A DNA stretch of 60,088 nt from an uncultured virus (IMG/VR IMGVR_UViG_2061766007_003336) (IMGVR_UViG_2061766007_003336), one strand, 5' to 3'; positions 1 through 9,899 are shown, numbered from the stretch's first letter. The notes: generated by a model from the letters alone, not told the origin. Program-made: numbers and translations.

Positions 1-240
1 GACCAGGCTGGAAGCCATAACAATAATTACAAAGGACCCGGCAAACGCGGATACTCGGCAGACCACAAAGCTGTTGAGAAATCCATGTCGGCCCTGAAGT
101 GCTCCCGCTGCGGTTCTACCAAAAACGTTCAGCGTGCGGAAGTTCACGGATCACACGGCAAGCGGCATATAGCGTTATGCAGGTCCTGCCATGCCAAATA
201 TGATAAGGCTTATGCAAATCTTAACGGAGGGAAAAAATGA
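1..240 (+). CDS. 5'-truncated HNH-like zinc-binding protein
   Basis: Frame 1 reads DQAGSHNNNYKG...KCSRCGS...LCRSCHAKYD...GGKK*. The CxxC plus LCxxCH pattern is typical of small phage HNH proteins. The stop overlaps the next ATG (ATGA). Confidence 0.6.
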   Translation, partial: DQAGSHNNNYKGPGKRGYSADHKAVEKSMSALKCSRCGSTKNVQRAEVHGSHGKRHIALCRSCHAKYDKAYANLNGGKK

Positions 241-1409
241 AATACACTGACCAGTTCAGCGACATGACTTTAAGAAATATCGGTGACTTGTACGACCAGA
301 CGACGAGGGACAAGCTTGCAGGGGTCGTTACAATTTCACGTATTCGCAGAAATGCGTTTCATCCCGGAGAGATGATAAGTCAGCTTCTAGGTACGACTGC
401 ACATGCGTTTCCATCGGACAGCCCCGTAATGGTCCGCATTGTTAAGATTTCTGCACAACCAGCAGGGTCAGCGGAAGACGCCGTGATGGAAGCGTTGATG
501 AACGCCCACATGAGCGAAGGCAGGGGCATGTTCAAGGAAATCGGATGCTGCCCGGATGATCCTGCGTTCCGCAGTGCACTCGGCAGACAGCTTCCCTGCG
601 TAATTCCGGAAGAGGGTATGTTCCCGGTGAATAATCCGCTGCAGGCGCTCCTGAGTTTTATTTTCGCTCATGGTCAGAATATGCCTAAGAGACTTATGGA
701 ACGCTTTGACCAGCCGATGATCAGAATGTTCGGCCCCAAGACTTACCGCAAGATGCAGACAATCGTTGATGAAATGTCTGCTGCACAGCTTACTGATGCA
801 AGCAATATTATCGAAGCGGTACCGGAACCGGACGACGGTATGCCGAAAGTTCAGTCGTTTCTTCCGAGACTTATTTTTGAGCTTGTAAAGCTCAATCTCT
901 CCCTCAAAGGTAAACTTGACGAAGTTCTCAGTTATGTAACATCACTTCAGAATGATAAAAAACAGCTCACGACTGCTGACAGAGACATCCAGCGCAGCCT
1001 TATGGACCAGATTACCGAGTTGTCCGGCGGAGAAAGCGAACTTAGGAAAAGGACCGGGGGAAGAACGGCTAAAGATCTTGTTTTCAATACCCAGTTTGGT
1101 AAGGACCAGCCTGAAATCCTTAAAGTCGGTGACTTTTTTATCGACAAGAGCAAACTTGAGACTCTTCCCTATCAGTCAGGCGCAGCTTCATTTTCTTCAT
1201 CCGTAGCCGATGCGATCTATACCAGAGATAAGAAACACATCGATTTCAAAGCCCTTGTCGAGCTGATTGAGCGTCTCAACAAGCTCCTCGAGGATCCCAA
1301 GATCGAGGACGGTGAAAAGAAAGAGATCCAGGACCGTGTGCTGGGCCCGCTGAGACTCTTCCTTGAGCCTGACGGCAGTGTAGTGGATAAGATAGTCGTG
1401 ATGCAGTAG
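237..1409 (+). CDS. hypothetical protein (390 aa)
   Basis: Long ORF with GGAGG RBS, coupled to the upstream gene; no recognised motif. Confidence 0.8.
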   Translation: MKYTDQFSDMTLRNIGDLYDQTTRDKLAGVVTISRIRRNAFHPGEMISQLLGTTAHAFPSDSPVMVRIVKISAQPAGSAEDAVMEALMNAHMSEGRGMFKEIGCCPDDPAFRSALGRQLPCVIPEEGMFPVNNPLQALLSFIFAHGQNMPKRLMERFDQPMIRMFGPKTYRKMQTIVDEMSAAQLTDASNIIEAVPEPDDGMPKVQSFLPRLIFELVKLNLSLKGKLDEVLSYVTSLQNDKKQLTTADRDIQRSLMDQITELSGGESELRKRTGGRTAKDLVFNTQFGKDQPEILKVGDFFIDKSKLETLPYQSGAASFSSSVADAIYTRDKKHIDFKALVELIERLNKLLEDPKIEDGEKKEIQDRVLGPLRLFLEPDGSVVDKIVVMQ

Positions 1410-1416
1410 GTGACGC

Positions 1417-2670
1417 ATGCTGATGCTGCAACCTCCTTCAAAAAGTCTTTGTGAGGCTCTGGCAAAGGACGCTGGGAACTCACAGTTTCCCATAGAAAAG
1501 ATAGGTTTTCTGCTTTATCAGGAATACAGCTATGACCAGTTGCTAACGCTGGAACCTGAGTTTATTCTCGAAAATATGCTGAAAAACACCAGCATCCACC
1601 AGGAGGAAATAGACTCGAATTTTATCACGAAACTGTATGCTCTGGTGGCGATTCTCAATCAGCCGCTGCTGATCACGCAAAGTCTTATGGCTTTTTACAA
1701 TACGGTGCTAGTATGTAACAACCTGCCGTCGGGGGTAACTGATTTCTCAGAAGTACGACTGCTGCCGTCGAGATACCTGTTCAGGACTTTTCTGGCGGTA
1801 AACGCACTTCTCCCGGACGACATGGACTTTGATCAGATGTACCTGCATCCTAATATTAAGAGTTTTATTTATGACTGCTACAAGGCTGACGACGACATGG
1901 TATTAGACCCGTGTTTTGAGTACCTGCAGGACGAATTTATGGCCCACGAATACACCGAGGCCCAGACAGATCAGTTTCTGCCAGTCGTCGAAACCATCAG
2001 AATGAAGCTGATGCCGATCAGGAAGATAGTCATACATTGTATAAAGAATACTTCCGATCCGATTTCTGAGGACGACAGTGATTTGGGCCAGACGTTGTAT
2101 CATACAGGGGATGACCTGCTTCAGCTCAGACTTAGAATGTATCGGGAGCAGTTCATGCTCAGGGAGCGCGAGCTCTTGTCTCTGTATCCTGAAGACAGCT
2201 ATGAAGGGCGTATGGTAAAGATGGCCCTCGGTAATCTGTTGTACGGGTATTTATTCTGGTTTACGGCAGAAAAGATGCGTGACAAGGAGCTTATTCTGGC
2301 GATCGACCTGGCCGCGATCGAATACCGCGGCGGCAGCGCTCTTACTCGTGTAGCGTATACTGTAGCCTCATCACTGCAGCAGACTTCAGAGGGCTCCCGC
2401 ATAGAACTGGTGTATAAGAAGGAAGATTCTGAGGCTCTTGCGGAATTATACGATAAGATGAAATCTGACGACGTGAAAGAGATTTCGCTTGAAAAGCACA
2501 AGCTGGAATCCGAAGGCAACAGCGTTGACGAGATCAATTCATATATTTATGAGAAATACGGACCGCCCAACATTCTGGTAATTCTTACCTCAAAGGCTGA
2601 AGCGGTCGCGTCAAACATAAAATCTTTCAAGGAATCCCACCCCGGGTGGCAGGTCTACATTCTTACTTAG
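1417..2670 (+). CDS. hypothetical protein (417 aa)
   Basis: Long ORF following the previous one; no recognised motif. Confidence 0.8.
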   Translation: MLMLQPPSKSLCEALAKDAGNSQFPIEKIGFLLYQEYSYDQLLTLEPEFILENMLKNTSIHQEEIDSNFITKLYALVAILNQPLLITQSLMAFYNTVLVCNNLPSGVTDFSEVRLLPSRYLFRTFLAVNALLPDDMDFDQMYLHPNIKSFIYDCYKADDDMVLDPCFEYLQDEFMAHEYTEAQTDQFLPVVETIRMKLMPIRKIVIHCIKNTSDPISEDDSDLGQTLYHTGDDLLQLRLRMYREQFMLRERELLSLYPEDSYEGRMVKMALGNLLYGYLFWFTAEKMRDKELILAIDLAAIEYRGGSALTRVAYTVASSLQQTSEGSRIELVYKKEDSEALAELYDKMKSDDVKEISLEKHKLESEGNSVDEINSYIYEKYGPPNILVILTSKAEAVASNIKSFKESHPGWQVYILT

Positions 2671-3211
2671 ATTTAACGAAAAAACTGTCGAAGAGATCTT
2701 CGGCAAATTGTTTCGGAAGTTCAGGCGCATTGATTTTGTAAAGCCATTCGATTTCTGCGGTCATGGCAGCGACAAACCTGTACAGCGTATGTTCAAGGTT
2801 TTCTTTCGTACTCTGACGTACAGCAGTAACCTGTCTCAGGTATTCCCTTAGCGCGTCCAGTATTGACGCCATCGGACCAGTGGTTTCCCTGGCTACCAGC
2901 GCCTGCCACAACGAGCGTTTGTGTTCGAAGCAGTACTGGGCGACGTTTATCGTAAGGGTGATCAGCTTCAGGTCAGGCGACAGCGCAGACGGCAGTTTGG
3001 TTTTCAGAATCTGGCTGATTTCCGCATCTTCGAACTCCTGGGCAGCCGCGAGCATTTCCTGTTTGTTGTCGAAGTAGTGGTACATTGATGGGACTGTAAT
3101 TCCGGCAGCTTTCGCAACTTTTCTCAGAGAAATGGACTCCATTGTTTCTGTACGGAGAAGCGTTCGTATAGCCTCGAAGATACGTTCTTTAGTCGACATT
3201 GCATTTGTCAT
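2663..3211 (-). CDS. TetR/AcrR-family transcriptional regulator
   Basis: N-terminal HTH TKERIFEAIRTLL...ISLRKVAKAAGITVPSMYHYFDNKQEML; GGAGG RBS. Confidence 0.9.
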   Translation of the reverse strand: MTNAMSTKERIFEAIRTLLRTETMESISLRKVAKAAGITVPSMYHYFDNKQEMLAAAQEFEDAEISQILKTKLPSALSPDLKLITLTINVAQYCFEHKRSLWQALVARETTGPMASILDALREYLRQVTAVRQSTKENLEHTLYRFVAAMTAEIEWLYKINAPELPKQFAEDLFDSFFVKSK

Positions 3212-3264
3212 TGTTTACCTCCATTAAAAAGCACTCTTCCGCCACCTAACAGGTGGCTTGATGG

Positions 3265-3293
3265 ATATTATATCGGCGTATAAGCAAAGTCAA
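3265..3293 (-). promoter_or_regulatory. sigma70-like promoter for the tetR gene
   Basis: Minus strand TTGACT-N17-TAATAT; a GCCACCT-aac-AGGTGGC palindrome lies at 3241-3257 in the leader. Confidence 0.5.
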
Positions 3294-3350
3294 GTTTTTA
3301 TCGAAAAAAACTAGCAAGTGAAAAAAGTGGAAAATTTTTTTTAAATTTAC

Positions 3351-3378
3351 TTGACAATCATTTTAGTTAAGTTAATCT
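3351..3378 (+). promoter_or_regulatory. sigma70-like promoter for the methyltransferase operon
   Basis: TTGACA-N16-TAATCT with an AT-rich upstream tract, then a GAGGAGG RBS. Confidence 0.45.
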
Positions 3379-3412
3379 ACCGGCGTGGACAGGTTCTAAA
3401 GAGGAGGAGTAC

Positions 3413-4588
3413 ATGACACAAGTTTACAGGGTTGCAGATCTTTTCGCCGGGGTCGGCGGAATCAGGCTTGGATTCGACCAAGCCTTCGGCAGTATGGTGA
3501 AAACAGTTTTTGTCAGCGATATAGACAAGTTCGCTGCACAGGTTTACACAGACAATTTCGGACATGATCCGGAAGTATCAGGGGACATCACGAAAGTCAA
3601 AACTGAATCGGTACCGGACTTTGACATCTGTCTTGCTGGTTTTCCGTGTCAGGCATTTTCCAGAATGGGCAAGGAAAAAGGTTTTGCCGACCCGAGAGGC
3701 GGACTTTTTCAGGAAGTCGTCAGATTGTGTAAGGAAAAGAAGCCTAAAGTGATTTTTTGTGAGAACGTAAAGGCTTTGATGTCCCACAACAAGGGCGAGT
3801 CTTTTAAAATTATCAAGACAGCTTTTGAAAAAATAGGATATAAAGTTTTTTACGAAGTTGCCAACAGCAGTCAGTTCGGCGTGCCTCAGGGAAGAGAGAG
3901 ATTGTACATCGTATGCTTCAGGAGTGATATTGCTCCCGAGACGTTTGCAGTGACAGGTACGGGGCGCACGGCTCTTAAAGGCGGCATCGAAAGAATCCTT
4001 CTTCCCGACAGCGAAGTAGGTAAGTATGTGCTGTCTGACAGGTATATGGCTTTCCTGGAACGCCGTCGTGAGAAAAATAAAGCAGCCGGCAACGGTTTCG
4101 GATACAAGATTCGTGAAAAAGGCGATATCGCAGGCACTTTAACCTGCTCCGATACCAGTCTCGACGGTAATCTCATCAGATACAAGGACAAACTCCGCAA
4201 ACTCGCTCCGAGAGAATGCGCCAGACTGCAGGGCTTCCCTGATGATTTTAAACTGACGCTTTCTGATACTCAGATCTACAGGCTTATGGGGCAGACAGTT
4301 TCTGTTCCTGTTATTACCAGTATTGCCCGTAGTATTAAAAAAGCGTTAGGGTGTGGTACAGACGAAGTTGGTGTCAGGGTGATTGAAGTCCAGGAGCCAG
4401 AGGCCCCCACCGGTAAAGTTGATCATGTTGATGCCCCTGACGTTTCCGTTCAGGAGAAGTCCCAGCACCTCCGGCATCGTAACAAACGGTATTCCAGCTG
4501 CTGCTGCAGGATGCAGAATGACGGCCGGCCTCTATCGCTTCAGTGCAGGGCCTGTATTGCCAGATTTAAGAGGCGTATGGGGCTCTAA
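3413..4588 (+). CDS. dcm: DNA (cytosine-5)-methyltransferase
   Basis: Motifs DLFAGVGG (I), GFPCQAFS (IV), ENV (VI), PQGRER (VIII), RECARLQGFP (IX), MGQTVSV (X); ~75-aa extra C-terminal tail. Confidence 0.95.
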   Translation: MTQVYRVADLFAGVGGIRLGFDQAFGSMVKTVFVSDIDKFAAQVYTDNFGHDPEVSGDITKVKTESVPDFDICLAGFPCQAFSRMGKEKGFADPRGGLFQEVVRLCKEKKPKVIFCENVKALMSHNKGESFKIIKTAFEKIGYKVFYEVANSSQFGVPQGRERLYIVCFRSDIAPETFAVTGTGRTALKGGIERILLPDSEVGKYVLSDRYMAFLERRREKNKAAGNGFGYKIREKGDIAGTLTCSDTSLDGNLIRYKDKLRKLAPRECARLQGFPDDFKLTLSDTQIYRLMGQTVSVPVITSIARSIKKALGCGTDEVGVRVIEVQEPEAPTGKVDHVDAPDVSVQEKSQHLRHRNKRYSSCCCRMQNDGRPLSLQCRACIARFKRRMGL

Positions 4589-6045
4589 TGGTATCACTGA
4601 GACATTATCAGGAAGAAGATATCCGTAAATGGGCTGCCAACGGTTGCCGCGGAGGATGGTTCTGGGACCCTGGTCTGGGCAAGACTCATACAGCAAGTTT
4701 TCTTGTCAGGCGTATGCTGAAGCTGAAACAGTGCACCCGTGTGTTTATCGGATGCCCTGCAGTTGCAGTCAGTACCTGGTATGATTTCCTCGTAAGTAAG
4801 GCAGGTTTTCCTGCGGAGATGATTTACAACTGTTCGAACCCGAAGCAGGATGCGCGATCTCCACTGGACACCGAGAAAGTAATCATCTGCAATTATGAGA
4901 AGCTGCCGTCGAGGAAGAAACAGCCGGACTACAAGACCAAAATCACATTTGACGAGCAGGGCCTGCCTAAGGTTGAACGTGTCAAAAACACCCACAAGCG
5001 CAAACAGAGAGTCTTCCCTGAAGACATTGACTTCTGGGTACTCGACGAATCACACTATCTGAAGGAAGCGTCAAGTAATGCCTTCAGGTTCTTTTTCAGC
5101 AAGGTTCGCCCCGAGCACCGGCTGCTGCTTATGTCCGGAACCCCGTTTCCCAACAGACATATCAGCTGCTGGACACAGCTTACACTGATTAAGCCAGGTG
5201 TTCTCGGAAGAAACATTACGGAGTTTCGCAGTACGTACTGCTATCTGGTCAACAAGGAGATCCATAAGTACGAGCTAAGATCAAGGTACATTCCTCTGAT
5301 CGACAGACTCGCTGCAGAAAACTGTTGTTTCAGGTCCGCTGCAGATCACCTGGATATTCCCGCAATTACGTTTGACAATATTAAATATAATCTTACCGAT
5401 CAGCAGAAGTCCTGTGTCAATACTTTGATTGCACATAACAGGATACAGGATAAGCTGCTGAAAACCAGAGGAACATCGTTCCTGATGGCATCACAGGCTT
5501 TGTCAGGCTATATCGACATGGAGGTCCAGGCACAGGGAGAGCCGCTGAAAGTTCACATCACCGAGGAGTTCGATCAGTGCGGCAAGGACGATGCTCTCAG
5601 GCTGTTTGTCGAGTCACTTGGCAATAAGAAGGCGATTATCTGGGTGCATTTTACCAATACAGCAGAACGGGTATACAGATATCTTACAGAGGTTCTCGGT
5701 AAAAAGGCCGAATATTTTACGGCTGAACATAAGAAAGATCTGACTGGAACGATTGATAACTTTGTAAACGGGGATATTCAGTTTCTTGTATCCCACCCGA
5801 AGATTATCGGTATTTCCGTCAATTATTTTACTCCGATCCAGTATATGCTGTGGTATGAGCTGACCTACGACTGGGCTGTATACGAGCAGGCCGTAGACCG
5901 AATTTACCGCAGTGGTCAGGAACAGGCTACATTCTGTTATCATCTCGTCGGGCACCGGCTGGATGAGTTTCAGCTTGCAGCTTTAAAGGCAAAAAAAGAT
6001 GTACATATTGAGCTTGGGTCGTATACACCTGAGCAGTGGAAGTAG
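4588..6045 (+). CDS. SNF2-family (SF2) helicase
   Basis: LRHYQ, DPGLGKT (Walker A), LDESH, SGTP, QAVDRIYRSGQ. Confidence 0.9.
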   Translation: MVSLRHYQEEDIRKWAANGCRGGWFWDPGLGKTHTASFLVRRMLKLKQCTRVFIGCPAVAVSTWYDFLVSKAGFPAEMIYNCSNPKQDARSPLDTEKVIICNYEKLPSRKKQPDYKTKITFDEQGLPKVERVKNTHKRKQRVFPEDIDFWVLDESHYLKEASSNAFRFFFSKVRPEHRLLLMSGTPFPNRHISCWTQLTLIKPGVLGRNITEFRSTYCYLVNKEIHKYELRSRYIPLIDRLAAENCCFRSAADHLDIPAITFDNIKYNLTDQQKSCVNTLIAHNRIQDKLLKTRGTSFLMASQALSGYIDMEVQAQGEPLKVHITEEFDQCGKDDALRLFVESLGNKKAIIWVHFTNTAERVYRYLTEVLGKKAEYFTAEHKKDLTGTIDNFVNGDIQFLVSHPKIIGISVNYFTPIQYMLWYELTYDWAVYEQAVDRIYRSGQEQATFCYHLVGHRLDEFQLAALKAKKDVHIELGSYTPEQWK

Positions 6046-6057
6046 GGAGAATATTTT

Positions 6058-6288
6058 ATGGCAAAAACGCTTTATGTTTCAATTTGTGAATCAGAAAATG
6101 AAATTCTTGGCAGCAGCGCAGGGCTGAAGTGTGAGGAACAGGGGAAGCCTCAGCTGGTGTTTGTTTCAGGCGACGGGACGATAGGAGAGCGGATCGAGGC
6201 CGACCGCATGATCCGCGAAGCCCTGGAAGTACTTACTAAATGGATCAACGGAAAGGAGGCTGAAGATGGTGAAAGCCCGAGATACTAA
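6058..6288 (+). CDS. hypothetical protein
   Basis: ORF with RBS in operon, overlapping the tmk start. Confidence 0.6.
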   Translation: MAKTLYVSICESENEILGSSAGLKCEEQGKPQLVFVSGDGTIGERIEADRMIREALEVLTKWINGKEAEDGESPRY

Positions 6289-6916
6289 AAATCTGTTCAT
6301 TGTTCTTGAGGGGATAGACGGCAGCGGCAAAAGTACCGCGATGGAAACAGTAGGCAGTGTTCTGAAGAATTTAGGTTATTCCGTAGCGCCGACGGCTGAG
6401 CCTGTCCAGGAGTTTCTGGGTCCGGTAATCCGTGAGTATCTCAAACCGGACAGCAAGGTGTCAGACGCTGCGATCGCTATGCTGTTCGCCGCTGACAGAC
6501 AGCTGCATTCTGATAAAATAGAGGGTCGGTTAAATAACTGGGACGGAGATAAGCCGCTGGCCGTAGTTTCCGACAGATACATGATGAGCGGTTTGGCCTA
6601 TCAGACTGCTAACCTGCCCTGGGCGTTTGTGTGGAATCTGCTGATGTACAATAAACGTCCTGATATTACGCTTTATTTTGATATCCCGGTCAACGATGCG
6701 ATTCACCGTCTGAATATTAACGGACGTCCTAAGGAGATGTACGAGAAGGAAACATTTTTATCAGATACGAAAGTACGATATGAGAGAGCTTTCAGGATGG
6801 CAGATGTAGATCCAGTGAGAATCGATGCCTCCCAGTCTCTTGACAGGGTACGTCAGGAACTGACATACAAGTTAACCGAGGCTGTACGGAAAGCAGTCCG
6901 CAGGGGGAAGAAATGA
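6266..6916 (+). CDS. tmk: thymidylate (dTMP) kinase
   Basis: FIVLEGIDGSGKST P-loop, LFAADR, SDRY..SGLAYQ, PDITLYFDI. Confidence 0.93.
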   Translation: MVKARDTKNLFIVLEGIDGSGKSTAMETVGSVLKNLGYSVAPTAEPVQEFLGPVIREYLKPDSKVSDAAIAMLFAADRQLHSDKIEGRLNNWDGDKPLAVVSDRYMMSGLAYQTANLPWAFVWNLLMYNKRPDITLYFDIPVNDAIHRLNINGRPKEMYEKETFLSDTKVRYERAFRMADVDPVRIDASQSLDRVRQELTYKLTEAVRKAVRRGKK

Positions 6917-7024
6917 TGTGTTTGTTAGGTATTGTTACAGTACTGGGGATCGTAGTACTGTTGAGGCTGTGCGAGAAGTATGATGATGCAGGCCAAATAA
7001 TAATAATTATTGAAAAGGAGGAGA

Positions 7025-7519
7025 ATGATGGGTGATGAAAAAGCACGGATGTCAAGGACGTTTATGACAAGACAGGAGACAAGAGAGTTTTTATTTCAAT
7101 TAAAGGATGATCCCCAATGGAACATTGATGAAGGTGCCTACTACGAGGAGAAGACAAAAGCGATCCTGCTTAAACTGCACTTGGGAGAAGGTATTTCAGC
7201 GTTTCTGAGGGTCGCTGAAGGAACCAATAAAGTGACGCTCGAGTTTGGGTTTCTTGGTAATGTTTACAAAGAGAAGACTGTGAACCGTCTATGGCGTTTC
7301 ACGGCAGAATTTTTGTCGGGTGATCTTAAAAAAGTCGCGCCAGCAGGTGAACGATCCGGACAGGTAACTAAACTCCCTTCCAATATGTCAGGGACCGGAG
7401 ACAAAGTGTACAAACCTTTTGACGGGACCGTTTCAGGAGGTAGTGTAGACCGTGTGGTTTTCGATGACATGTATACAAGTGTGGACCCGCAGACCGGCGG
7501 GAGTTTTCACGGGTGCTGA
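7025..7519 (+). CDS. hypothetical protein
   Basis: ORF; start moved to the ATG after AGGAGGAG. Confidence 0.65.
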   Translation: MMGDEKARMSRTFMTRQETREFLFQLKDDPQWNIDEGAYYEEKTKAILLKLHLGEGISAFLRVAEGTNKVTLEFGFLGNVYKEKTVNRLWRFTAEFLSGDLKKVAPAGERSGQVTKLPSNMSGTGDKVYKPFDGTVSGGSVDRVVFDDMYTSVDPQTGGSFHGC

Positions 7520-7528
7520 GGTGGGCTG

Positions 7529-8134
7529 ATGACTATTGATTCTGATCGTCAGATCTACACTATAACAGCTGAAGTTAAAGGCAGAGGCGGTGTCTCTGCG
7601 GACGTTAAAGTCGGAATATCGGCAGAGACTGCCACTGGTGAGTTGAGAGAGCTCGACTACCCTGAGCAGTGCAAGTCCCTGCCTGCGTATCTGGCTTTTG
7701 ATAAAATCGTTAAAGCGTTTGATCCGGGGGCCAGAACGGCTGTGGATATTGCAGCAGAGCTCGTTGCAACCACCGTGCTCAAGGCGATGGTGCTGGACAA
7801 TAATGTCATATTTCCGGAGCATCCGACATCAAGGTGGATGACAGCCGTTTTAAGGCGTTATCCCAAGCTGATAGATACAGGAGTGGAAGACGCCAAACAC
7901 CAGTCTGAGGCGAACAAGCATCCTGAAACGGTTACCAGGCTGATAGAATACCTGGCGAAAAACATACTCGATCCTGAGGATATCAGCCGGATAGCGGAAG
8001 AAACGCTGAAGGAAATGTGCAGGAAAGTTCCCTGCGAGGGCAATCGGAAACATAATGTGGGTTACCGGAAAGTTTACAAACCCAGACGGCAGAAAGAGCC
8101 TGGAAAGAAGGAGAAGAAGAATGGGAAAGTATAG
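7529..8134 (+). CDS. hypothetical protein
   Basis: ORF with GAGGTG RBS in operon. Confidence 0.7.
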   Translation: MTIDSDRQIYTITAEVKGRGGVSADVKVGISAETATGELRELDYPEQCKSLPAYLAFDKIVKAFDPGARTAVDIAAELVATTVLKAMVLDNNVIFPEHPTSRWMTAVLRRYPKLIDTGVEDAKHQSEANKHPETVTRLIEYLAKNILDPEDISRIAEETLKEMCRKVPCEGNRKHNVGYRKVYKPRRQKEPGKKEKKNGKV

Positions 8135-8765
8135 AGTAATTATTGAAGTAGAGGACCGTACAAATGCAGAAGCATCTGTAAGAAGATATTTTCAGAAAAT
8201 GGATGACCACGGCAGATGGAAAGCTCTTGACCTCAGCTCATGCGACAGCGTACCGGCGTATGTTATCTATGACCGTGTATCTAGAGGGGTGGGCTGCTTT
8301 AAAACCAGAGACGTCTTAGCTGAGGTGACAGTCATGCTGGTCAGAGCGATTATCGCTGCGATAGGTATCCACAGTCTTGGTGAGGACACAGCCGTAGTTG
8401 CCGACAGACTTGAGCACGAGTTTGCTACAGATATCAGGGAAGTCGTTGAGAAATATATTCGGTATGCCGAAGCCGAGCAATCTCCGTTGATTGTGGCTTT
8501 AATTCAGCATTTTTTTGCTACATTGAATTACCAGGTGCTAGCTGAAATGATTATCGATGAAGCGAAGGAGATGCGAACTGAGTATGGTAACAGGATTGCC
8601 GCCGAGCTTGAAGCTGCCGGGGAGCAGACTGACAGGCCGTCTGATGCAGATCCAGGCCATACACCGGAAGATTATACTATTACTTATCAGGGATACGATG
8701 CTGAAGCTGCTAAAGCGTCTCTGAGTCAGATATCCGGCGGGAAAAAAAAGAGGCTGCGTAAATAA
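8121..8765 (+). CDS. hypothetical protein
   Basis: ORF; start moved to MGKYRV after AAGGAG. Confidence 0.7.
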   Translation: MGKYRVIIEVEDRTNAEASVRRYFQKMDDHGRWKALDLSSCDSVPAYVIYDRVSRGVGCFKTRDVLAEVTVMLVRAIIAAIGIHSLGEDTAVVADRLEHEFATDIREVVEKYIRYAEAEQSPLIVALIQHFFATLNYQVLAEMIIDEAKEMRTEYGNRIAAELEAAGEQTDRPSDADPGHTPEDYTITYQGYDAEAAKASLSQISGGKKKRLRK

Positions 8766-8768
8766 TCA

Positions 8769-9848
8769 TGTCCCCCGCCTCCCATAGGCAGGCAGAGGAC
8801 ATTCATCTGCCGTCAATAATAATAGTGCAGATGTCTGGAACGAGTTCAGGTTCGGCGGTGAGCTGGGTCCGTGAAACCGAAGGATGGAAACAGAGCAAGA
8901 CATCCAGGATACCGGCAGGTGCGGGCCTGAACGCGCCTGCTGGGTATACTGGACGTCGCAGCTCTCCATCCGGAGGCGGATCAGCTCCTCGCCGAACTGA
9001 ATCGTGTAAGCATTTGCACGATGTAATTGTTGTATAATTAACTCCAGCAGCGTTGCTGCCTGAAGACAGATGCCTTGAGCAGGAGAGTTCTACGTTAATA
9101 AAGGAAGCTACTGAATCCCAGGTCAGAGCTTGTACACGGATACCAGGCGAGGCGCAGCCAGCCGGGTAGCCTGTACAGCTATGCCTGGGGGGCAGTGAGC
9201 TGAGTTACTTAGTAGAGAGGACCTCTTATAACGGCAGCATTACCGCCTTAAGACACCTCTCCTGCCCGCTTGTTTAGAATCGATACGGATCCTGAAAGAG
9301 GCTCCTTCAGCTGCCGGATGTGGGCTTTGGAAGAGCATACGGGGCGTTAAAGGAGAAATGCCCCGTGTGCCCGAAGCCCACGCCGGAATGCTGAAGGGTG
9401 CCGCTTCAGGAGAACGAATGAGAATTAAATTCCCATTAACAAACGACGGCTTACTGTCATAAAACAAGTAAATGCCTGATTTCAATAATAACGGCGCCTC
9501 AGGAGTCTCATCCCCGGAGAGGAGCCTACCACGTACTTGTGAATTGATTACGGCGGACGTCGTCTTCGCTGTGAGGGTTGATGCGTCCGAGCGTTGCTGC
9601 TCGGGGTGCGCCGCAGTAAAGGCGAACGCGCGAGCCTGCACGAGAAGCATCACCGGCAGCATGAGAGGTACGCAGAAACTCCTTCACAGTTGAAGATGAC
9701 GCCGACGGTGATCACGATATTCACATACGTGGTCGGCGGAGCCCCGGGGTGAGTCTCCGGAGGAGCTTGGTGAATACAGATATTGAACCTGCAGTCAGTT
9801 GCTGACGTGTATCAGCGAAGTCAGGCGTGAAGAAACTATTTTCTTCAC
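8769..9848 (+). ncRNA. large structured non-coding element (~1.1 kb) of long imperfect rod hairpins; family unknown
   Basis: Hairpins at 8825-9019, 9106-9201, 9290-9411 and 9497-9763. Long-range stems 8787-8798/9256-9266, 8807-8813/9231-9237, 9472-9482/9818-9828. Non-Watson-Crick pairs are mostly G-T on the + strand. No credible CDS. Confidence 0.75.
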
Positions 9849-9862
9849 ATTTACTTATGACA
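9827..9862 (-). promoter_or_regulatory. recurring TGTCATAAGTA motif with adjacent 9-bp hairpin, pointing left into the structured element
   Basis: TACTTATGACA at 9852-9862 is identical to copies at 21895, 31902 and 59408; hairpin GTGAAGAAA/TTTCTTCAC at 9827-9848. Confidence 0.55.
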
Positions 9863-9899
9863 TTTTTCCACCGCTGGGGTAAGTTTTTTTATTTTTTTC

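Noticed and set aside
8766..9693. Short ORFs in the track (8768-9037, 8766-8969, 9240-9662, 9472-9693)
   Set aside because: No RBS and low-complexity translations; better explained as by-products of the GC-rich hairpin element.
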